Part shown: in pieces, positions 57,283 to 64,000 of the stretch
How positions within the stretch are numbered: position 1 is the stretch's first letter
Layout: each line of letters begins with the position of its first letter
Origin: a virus
Length of the DNA stretch: 64,000 nt
IMG/VR virus record: IMGVR_UViG_3300042880_000420
Coordinates: 1-64,000 of that record
Direction: 5' to 3' (one strand)
Notes under the pieces: generated by a model
Seen by the model: only the letters and a program-made list of their open reading frames with translations
What the model was told of the DNA's origin: nothing
Databases searched by the model: none
Position numbers and translations under genes: made by a program

Positions 57283-60200
57283 CTAATTTTTAAGATATTC
57301 TAACCAATTTTTATTATCTTTCTTAACAATAGGATTTAATGTAGATTGACCACCTATTGCAAACGTTTGTCCACCTTCTTCCCAAGTACCAAATCTTTTA
57401 TGCCAGTATAAAGGACTAAATGGATCTGTTGCTTTAGAACTGTTTTTACCACCCATTCTATTCCAGAAGTTTTCTCTTCTTTGTTCAGAATGGTGTTGTT
57501 TAAAATCTTGCATTCCTTTATATCCACCATGTACTACTTTATAATCATCACCTTTTTTAGCTAACACCATCCATTTTTTACCTGGTCTTGTACTTTGTTT
57601 TTTTGCACCTACACTAGTAAAGCCCATGTTTCTATATCTTTCTGGAATACCACCACCTTCAGCATAATTTGTATCTATAAAACTATTACCTCCTCTTGGT
57701 GCATAATGATGCTCACCTATATAATTTTGATCAACAACCCCTTCACTATCACCCATAAATTCTTGTCTTATAAAATTACCTTTTCTATCATATATATCTA
57801 CAGGATAAGTTCTTGGCTGTATTAAATTTGTTAAATTTACAGTTTGTTTTGGAGAAATTGGAAGTAATTCAGCACGTGTTACAATTTTAGGGTTAATTAA
57901 AGTAGGTGCTACCATTTCTAATCTTTTTAAATTAGTTTTTGGATGCACAAAAGTATTTATATTTGCAAATATAGGTAAATGATTATTATATTTATCTACA
58001 TGATTAGGATCAATACCTATCATAGTAGGATATTTTTTTTTCATATTATTCCAATAATTTATATCCACATCATTTTGTAACCACATTTTAGGTTTAGTTT
58101 GTCCTCCTGGTCCATACATAGAAATACCACCATATTCCATTTCTTCTATTGGAAGTTCCATCATTCCTTTAGTTTCAGGATTATACATCATATAATCAGA
58201 TACTGAATTTGCATAATCATCTACCATAGTAAGTTTAGAACTAACCCATGGTTCTAAATCAGAATTTGGTTGAATAAACTTACGAAGATTAGTTAGTTTA
58301 TTAATAGCAGCATCAATTTGACCAATAGCCATTTCACCATCAGGTTCCCCTCCACTACCATACATAGGAACATTCCCACCATTTTTATAATTCATACCAT
58401 ACATATCATTAGCTGCACGTTTATATCCTTTAGCCGCAAAATAATCAGCTATATCTTCTGTTGGAGTTTTAATATATTCTTGTCTTTGATCAGGTTGATA
58501 TATTAGTTGTCCAGGTGCTGTTCTTAACATAGTTGAATTATTTCTTAATGGATTAGAAAATGTTTCTATAATAGTAGGAGATACATAATTATCTCCAAAC
58601 CCCATTAATAAAGTAGACATATCATTACTATTAGGATTTTCTCCATCAATATATTTTGTAGGAATACCATTTTGATTACCAAATCCAGCAGCACGTTGCA
58701 TAAAATTTTTATCTTGATTTCTTTGTAATAAAACTTTAGAAATAGCATCCATGCTTGGATCATTTACCATAGGTTTTTTTGTTCTCCAATAAACTTCTTC
58801 TTCACCTCCATCTTGATAATGACTTTTAATTTTTCTTTCTTGATCCAACATTTGTTTTGTTGGTACTTTACCAGATCCTCTGTTATCCCTGATATTATCC
58901 CATAATCCACGTTTAGAATATGAACCATCTGCACGTTTAATCATTTCTCCACCTTGTTCTTTTTTAGGATAATATATTCTATTATATATTGAATACGGCA
59001 TACCTTTTGTTCTTTTTTGAGCAAAATCTTTTAAATCATATCTATCATAATATGATAAGTAATCCCCTTGTTTATCACGACCTCTACTAACACCAAATCT
59101 ACCTAATAAACCAGCTCCATCTTTTCCACTTATAGGGGTTTCAATTTCTGATTCATCCGTTTGTAAAATTTCTTTAAGTTTTACTTTATCTTTATACGAA
59201 TTAAATATATCTTGTTCAAGCTGAGGATCTACAGTATAATAATTTTTATCTACAGCATTAATTGTTGGTATATATTTAGATTTTTTTAAATACTTTAATT
59301 CATCTGGTGTACTTAAACCTAAATAAAATTTAAATGCTTCTTCACTTCTGGGGTCATAAGATTCCTCCCTTTGTTCATCCGAAACCCATCTTCCATAATT
59401 GCGTAAATCAAGATAACTAGAAGGATTAATTGTACGATAGGCTTTTTGTCTTTGAGGTAATGTTTCAGCAGGAAATGTTCTACTATTATAATTATTATAA
59501 GCATCTACATATGCTTTTTTTAAATTAGAAATAAACCCTCCTCCTCCTTGCATCATAGGATACTCTGTAACTGGAGCTTGGTTAAATGTATAATCACCTT
59601 CAGGTTGCATCATAATTTCTTGACCATCTGCACCAACTCCTAACACTGGATAGTTTACATCACGCATTGTAATATTAGGACTATCAATTTGTGTCACTTT
59701 ACCTGGATGAGCCCATTGTCCTCTGTTGTCTTTTATTACCCCACCTTCTCTCATCTTAATATCACCACCACATTTATGACATGTCATAGGTTCCATTCCA
59801 CCATCAGATAATTTCCATGACCAACCACAATTAGAACATGTTACTTTTCTATTTAGTGAATTTTTTGATACTAATCCACCATTTTTTCTTGAATCAATTA
59901 TTGTTTCAGCACCTAATGTTCCTAACAATCCTCTATTAAAATTAACTCCTCTCATTATTACAGGATTTGTAGCTTGATTAACATAAGGAGTTAAATGAAT
60001 ATATTCTCCACTTCTATTTCCTAAATTTGCTATTTTATTAGCATATGAACCTGGAGTTGTATTCCACATATCTCTTTTATATCCATAATTTTCAATAACT
60101 TTTGGTAAAAAAGCAGATGCAAAATTAATACCAGCACTTCCATAATTACCTTCTGCTACATCCATACCACCTTGAAATGCATCAATACCAGTACCTAAAA

Positions 60201-60525
60201 CATTTCCCCATTTTCCTACAAGTTGAGCTTGCGGGATAGGTATAAAATTACCTACCTGCATTATATCAGTTAATATATCAGCTCCTTTTACTGCTGATTT
60301 TACATTTTTTTTTAATGCATATGCTTTTCTATCTGCTTCACTAAGTGCTCTTCTTCCTGGAGTATCAGCATATCTATCTTCATTAAAAGAATAATACTTT
60401 GGTTGAGGAAGTCTGTTGCGAAACATTTCCTCTTCTGAAATAACTAAAGGCTTCCTATATGATGTATTATCTGATATAGGTACTACTTGTCTTCCATCTT
60501 GATATTTATCTAACCACTTTTTCAT
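57283..60525 (-). CDS. Modular virion cargo protein of about 12 modules separated by (Y/F/M/W)xxGG motifs
   Basis: 1080 aa; includes a Zn-ribbon CSNC...CHKC and several short unrelated modules. Confidence 0.7.
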   Translation of the reverse strand: MKKWLDKYQDGRQVVPISDNTSYRKPLVISEEEMFRNRLPQPKYYSFNEDRYADTPGRRALSEADRKAYALKKNVKSAVKGADILTDIMQVGNFIPIPQAQLVGKWGNVLGTGIDAFQGGMDVAEGNYGSAGINFASAFLPKVIENYGYKRDMWNTTPGSYANKIANLGNRSGEYIHLTPYVNQATNPVIMRGVNFNRGLLGTLGAETIIDSRKNGGLVSKNSLNRKVTCSNCGWSWKLSDGGMEPMTCHKCGGDIKMREGGVIKDNRGQWAHPGKVTQIDSPNITMRDVNYPVLGVGADGQEIMMQPEGDYTFNQAPVTEYPMMQGGGGFISNLKKAYVDAYNNYNSRTFPAETLPQRQKAYRTINPSSYLDLRNYGRWVSDEQREESYDPRSEEAFKFYLGLSTPDELKYLKKSKYIPTINAVDKNYYTVDPQLEQDIFNSYKDKVKLKEILQTDESEIETPISGKDGAGLLGRFGVSRGRDKQGDYLSYYDRYDLKDFAQKRTKGMPYSIYNRIYYPKKEQGGEMIKRADGSYSKRGLWDNIRDNRGSGKVPTKQMLDQERKIKSHYQDGGEEEVYWRTKKPMVNDPSMDAISKVLLQRNQDKNFMQRAAGFGNQNGIPTKYIDGENPNSNDMSTLLMGFGDNYVSPTIIETFSNPLRNNSTMLRTAPGQLIYQPDQRQEYIKTPTEDIADYFAAKGYKRAANDMYGMNYKNGGNVPMYGSGGEPDGEMAIGQIDAAINKLTNLRKFIQPNSDLEPWVSSKLTMVDDYANSVSDYMMYNPETKGMMELPIEEMEYGGISMYGPGGQTKPKMWLQNDVDINYWNNMKKKYPTMIGIDPNHVDKYNNHLPIFANINTFVHPKTNLKRLEMVAPTLINPKIVTRAELLPISPKQTVNLTNLIQPRTYPVDIYDRKGNFIRQEFMGDSEGVVDQNYIGEHHYAPRGGNSFIDTNYAEGGGIPERYRNMGFTSVGAKKQSTRPGKKWMVLAKKGDDYKVVHGGYKGMQDFKQHHSEQRRENFWNRMGGKNSSKATDPFSPLYWHKRFGTWEEGGQTFAIGGQSTLNPIVKKDNKNWLEYLKN

Positions 60526-60531
60526 TTACTA

Positions 60532-63500
60532 TTATTTTTGAGATATTTGAAGTTTTGTATTAATAAATTTGAATATCATTTTAATATCCCCTCTTCCATC
60601 TACACCTTCTTTTCTTATTTCTGGAGGATTCTTTCTAAGAAGCACCTTGCTTACATTGTGTCTAAATTTCTTTTTCTGTGTAGACGACTTATAATAATCT
60701 ACACTAAAAGGATTTACAAACCAGTTATATCCATTAGGAAATGTTGTTGTAAGAATATTTTCGACACCACTAAATTCTCCTCTGTCTTTTGTAATATCAT
60801 TAAACTGATTAAATCTATATTTTTGTTCTTCTTTAGAGAATAATATTTCTGTAGATCCTGTAGGATTAATTATTGGATAATTAAGATATTGGAAAGGATT
60901 AGACTTAGATTTTAAATTAAGATTAAGCAATCCAGATATTTGTTCTGAGTTATAAACAATAGCTGAATCAAAGTTATAATCTAATAAATGAAACTTATCT
61001 TGTCCATTAGCACTATACTTATATGCTTCTAAATAATATTCTACATTACGCATTGTAGTAACAGTAGTTCCTGTTGGAAATGCATATTCTATTTCAAATG
61101 GATGATAGGTACCATAAAAATTACAAAAATCATCCCATCTGTCGTTATGTCTCCACAATCCAGTTTGTGTTTGAAAACAAGTTTTATATGCTGTATAAAA
61201 ATGTCTCTTAGAAGGAAGCATAAATGTAGGATGCCAATCATGAAAACTAATCCATTGTTTATTCTTTACATCATAAGAAATAGTCCAAGATGCATCTTCA
61301 AAATATGCAGGGTCACATAATGAAATAGGAATTTTAGAAAAAACACTAACAGGAGGAAGTATTTCTGTGTTATATTCTAAAGATTCTGTTAATGTATATA
61401 CACACACAGGTTCTTCCACACCATATGTATATTCTAAAACACCAGCACCTGAACAAGTATATTCATAATCTATAAATTCAGATTTATCATTTGTTGTAAA
61501 TATTACATTAAGATCAGAAAATGAAGTTGCATTTAATATTTCAAATTGTGTATTATCTATTAATGCAGCACCAAATCCTTCATAGGAGCCCTCAAGCTTT
61601 AATGTGTTGTTAACTTCAGTTATCTGTATAGGATAGATATGAAGATATGTATTAGATACATCATCACCAGATGAACCCGGAAGTCTACTATCAGCATTCA
61701 TTGCAGCAAGATCTGGATCTAATATTACCTGACCATTTAATGTAATTCTAAAATTAGTATATGCTGTAGTAGGGTCTACACTATAAGAACATATTGCAAC
61801 ATAATAAATCTTTTCATTAGGTACATTATTCAAATAAATATTATATGTAATTGTATCATTAGGAATACCAGATGTAGCTGTTGTCTTAATCATTAGATAG
61901 TTTACAGGTCCATCTGAAGATGTTCCTGTATCATTAATCCAAAAATTATTAAGTTGTCCAATATTAGTGTATGTACCAACAGCTGAACCATTATATCCAA
62001 GATCATACAATGCAGTTCCTAATGTGCCATATGTTACACTTCCTAAAGGTTCTGTAGAATAATTAGTTGTAGATATTACAGGTGGCTCTGTTGTAACTTG
62101 TTGACATTGACCATTTATATACTGATATCCAGGAGGACAGTCATATGTATATAATGGCTCTACATTAACATTTATATTTCCATTATTTAAATAAAATCCA
62201 AATGCAGGATCGTATTGTATATCATTACGTTTTGGTATATAGTCTCTTTTAGAAAAATATACCACCTCATTAATATTGTCATATACAGTTGTTATACCAG
62301 CACCAATAACAGGATTATCACTTAAATTAAAATTAGGAAAATAATTAATAAGTTGTAAAGGAAGATATCTGCTAAACCACCATTTCATATTTGATTTAGA
62401 AATTTCTTCAAGTTGTCCCGTGTATGCAAAAATCTTACCTTGGTCTTGACTTACATAGAATACACCATAAGGTGTAGATGTAATACCCCATCTGCTTTGA
62501 CATGAACCATATTCATATATTTGGTCTGAATTAACAAGACTCTGTAAAGGTTGATTAAATAATCCTCCATCTCCAATTGTTACTTTAATTCCTGTATCTG
62601 TTTGTAAACTATCAACACCCATAATTTGCATTGGGGATTGTCTATCTAACATTATTAAAGCACCTGTTTTATTTATTTGTTTTACAGAAGTAACTTTAGT
62701 AGGCATGTCTTTATAGTTATTAACTAAAAAACTTTGCCAATTATCACGTTTAAGTTCTTCTTGTTGCGGTAAAGAATATTGAATTCTTCTTGGATAATAA
62801 GTGTAACATGTAGCCGCTACAAGTGGATTAAATGAACGTGGTAAAACTTGACCCCATGTAACAAATTGATTATACATTCTAGATACAGAAAGAGAATAAT
62901 CATACTTATAAAATGCTGAAAATTTTACATAATCGCTTCTAAATAATGTAACAAGGTCTGTGTATCCATAAGGATCATAAAATCTTTTGCTTGCTTCATC
63001 TTCCCAATCTCTATATCCAACATTCACTTCAGATTCTACAAAAAAATCTCTTACACCATTGCAAAATAAATAAAAGTTAGCAGCATCTACTTTCCAACCA
63101 GGATCGCCATTATAATCTTTACCAACAATAGTACCTCCTTTGTTAAGTCTATAATATTTTTTAGGGCTTATTAAAATAGAATTGTCCACATATTGTTTTC
63201 TATTATCTACAAAATAATATGTACCGACAATATTTTGATATTGTAAATAGTTATATGTAACATCTTCCGGTTGTTCAATAAGCCAATCATTAAAATATAA
63301 ATAATTATTTTTCTCTGTGTACCGGTTTAAATATATGTCACCACCGAATAATATTGGTACTTCATTTATTGTATATACACAACTAGAAATGGGAATTTGT
63401 CTAATAGAATCAATCTGCCCATACTGCGATGCAAAATCTACTTTAATTGCACCATAATTAGATGATATTGTTCTTGTAAAACAATCCCCATTTACACCTA

Positions 63501-63999
63501 ATATATTTTTAGAATCATCTACAATACCAGGATTAGGCATTGCTGAATTTAATTTCATAATTATATATGGATTTCTATATAAATTATTTACAGAAAGTCC
63601 GTCAAATGATTGCACACTATCTTTTATATATCCATAATCAGATGTTGAAATTGTACTTGTTGTTGGGTTAAATGAGTTGTAAAATCCATGTGAATTAAAC
63701 TGTGCGGCTAATTGCTCAGGTCCAATTAATGATGTAACAAGTTCTGCTAATTTTTGTCCATTTGCTTTTAATCCTACAGCAATTTGCCATGCGGCTGTTA
63801 TCACTGTATTTGCAAAAATTCTAGCAATATATGATGCATTTCCAAATGTGTCTGGAGCTGAACCTATATTTACACCTAGTGTTAAATTATAAGGCATATC
63901 TGAATTACCTTGAACAGTAATTGGTTCAGCACCTAAAGCAGCACTAAGAGTTTGAAATGCAGCTACTGTAATTGCAAAAATATTAACTAAATCAGCACT
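60532..63999 (-). CDS. Tail stabilization/muzzle-like structural protein, 5'-truncated by the window
   Basis: Frame is open to the window edge; FGGDIYLNRY, SWTISY...WISFHDWHP beta-propeller-type tail signature. Confidence 0.75.
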   Translation of the reverse strand, partial: SADLVNIFAITVAAFQTLSAALGAEPITVQGNSDMPYNLTLGVNIGSAPDTFGNASYIARIFANTVITAAWQIAVGLKANGQKLAELVTSLIGPEQLAAQFNSHGFYNSFNPTTSTISTSDYGYIKDSVQSFDGLSVNNLYRNPYIIMKLNSAMPNPGIVDDSKNILGVNGDCFTRTISSNYGAIKVDFASQYGQIDSIRQIPISSCVYTINEVPILFGGDIYLNRYTEKNNYLYFNDWLIEQPEDVTYNYLQYQNIVGTYYFVDNRKQYVDNSILISPKKYYRLNKGGTIVGKDYNGDPGWKVDAANFYLFCNGVRDFFVESEVNVGYRDWEDEASKRFYDPYGYTDLVTLFRSDYVKFSAFYKYDYSLSVSRMYNQFVTWGQVLPRSFNPLVAATCYTYYPRRIQYSLPQQEELKRDNWQSFLVNNYKDMPTKVTSVKQINKTGALIMLDRQSPMQIMGVDSLQTDTGIKVTIGDGGLFNQPLQSLVNSDQIYEYGSCQSRWGITSTPYGVFYVSQDQGKIFAYTGQLEEISKSNMKWWFSRYLPLQLINYFPNFNLSDNPVIGAGITTVYDNINEVVYFSKRDYIPKRNDIQYDPAFGFYLNNGNINVNVEPLYTYDCPPGYQYINGQCQQVTTEPPVISTTNYSTEPLGSVTYGTLGTALYDLGYNGSAVGTYTNIGQLNNFWINDTGTSSDGPVNYLMIKTTATSGIPNDTITYNIYLNNVPNEKIYYVAICSYSVDPTTAYTNFRITLNGQVILDPDLAAMNADSRLPGSSGDDVSNTYLHIYPIQITEVNNTLKLEGSYEGFGAALIDNTQFEILNATSFSDLNVIFTTNDKSEFIDYEYTCSGAGVLEYTYGVEEPVCVYTLTESLEYNTEILPPVSVFSKIPISLCDPAYFEDASWTISYDVKNKQWISFHDWHPTFMLPSKRHFYTAYKTCFQTQTGLWRHNDRWDDFCNFYGTYHPFEIEYAFPTGTTVTTMRNVEYYLEAYKYSANGQDKFHLLDYNFDSAIVYNSEQISGLLNLNLKSKSNPFQYLNYPIINPTGSTEILFSKEEQKYRFNQFNDITKDRGEFSGVENILTTTFPNGYNWFVNPFSVDYYKSSTQKKKFRHNVSKVLLRKNPPEIRKEGVDGRGDIKMIFKFINTKLQISQK

Positions 64000-64000
64000 A

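Noticed and set aside
29367-61320. Many 60-110 aa + strand ORFs, and short alternate-frame ORFs, inside the virion genes
   Set aside because: Shadow frames of long genes with S/L/F/I-biased composition and no motifs
1-64000. Stop-codon reassignment (TAG or TGA) as in some crAss-like phages
   Set aside because: Giant ORFs are intact under the standard code and TAG serves as a genuine stop (e.g. 858, 15679, 25527)
1-64000. tRNA genes, CRISPR array, DGR/reverse transcriptase, integrase, inteins or introns
   Set aside because: None recognised by eye; PolB, DnaB and primase are uninterrupted. tRNAscan-SE and Infernal were not run, so small RNAs could be missed

Overview
AT-rich 64-kb segment of a lytic crAss-like (Crassvirales-type) phage of a Bacteroidetes host. 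Host evidence: TTTG-N19-TAnnTTTG promoters and A-rich start regions lacking Shine-Dalgarno sites. The standard genetic code fits throughout. Layout: (1) 1-8.0 kb, + strand accessory genes (SF2 helicase, UDG, MoxR AAA+/VWA pair); (2) 8.0-9.4 kb, patch of tiny ORFs, palindromes and promoter-short RNA-terminator units; (3) 9.4-13.1 kb, minus-strand lysis cassette (Ig-like protein, GH19 endolysin, holin-like and spanin-like proteins); (4) 13.2-28.1 kb, + strand replication and nucleotide metabolism (DnaB, AAA_24 ATPase, primase, HNH, PD-(D/E)XK nuclease, PolB, dNMP kinase, dCTP deaminase, SplB-like radical SAM); (5) 28.1-64 kb, minus-strand virion module with a 4187-aa virion RNA polymerase, neighbouring giant ejection/cargo proteins and a partial tail protein. 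Best candidates for new biology: (a) the three giant consecutive virion proteins (7129 aa) have only four cysteines, all at facing termini, suggesting a head-to-tail disulfide-linked ejection chain; (b) three cargo proteins are strings of modules punctuated by a repeated (Y/F/M/W)xxGG motif; (c) the vRNAP carries ART-, SLOG-, NADAR-, macro-like, RecD and zincin domains; (d) three small non-coding transcription units, one complementary to the start region of the adjacent gene. All family assignments are by-eye motif recognition; no searches were run.
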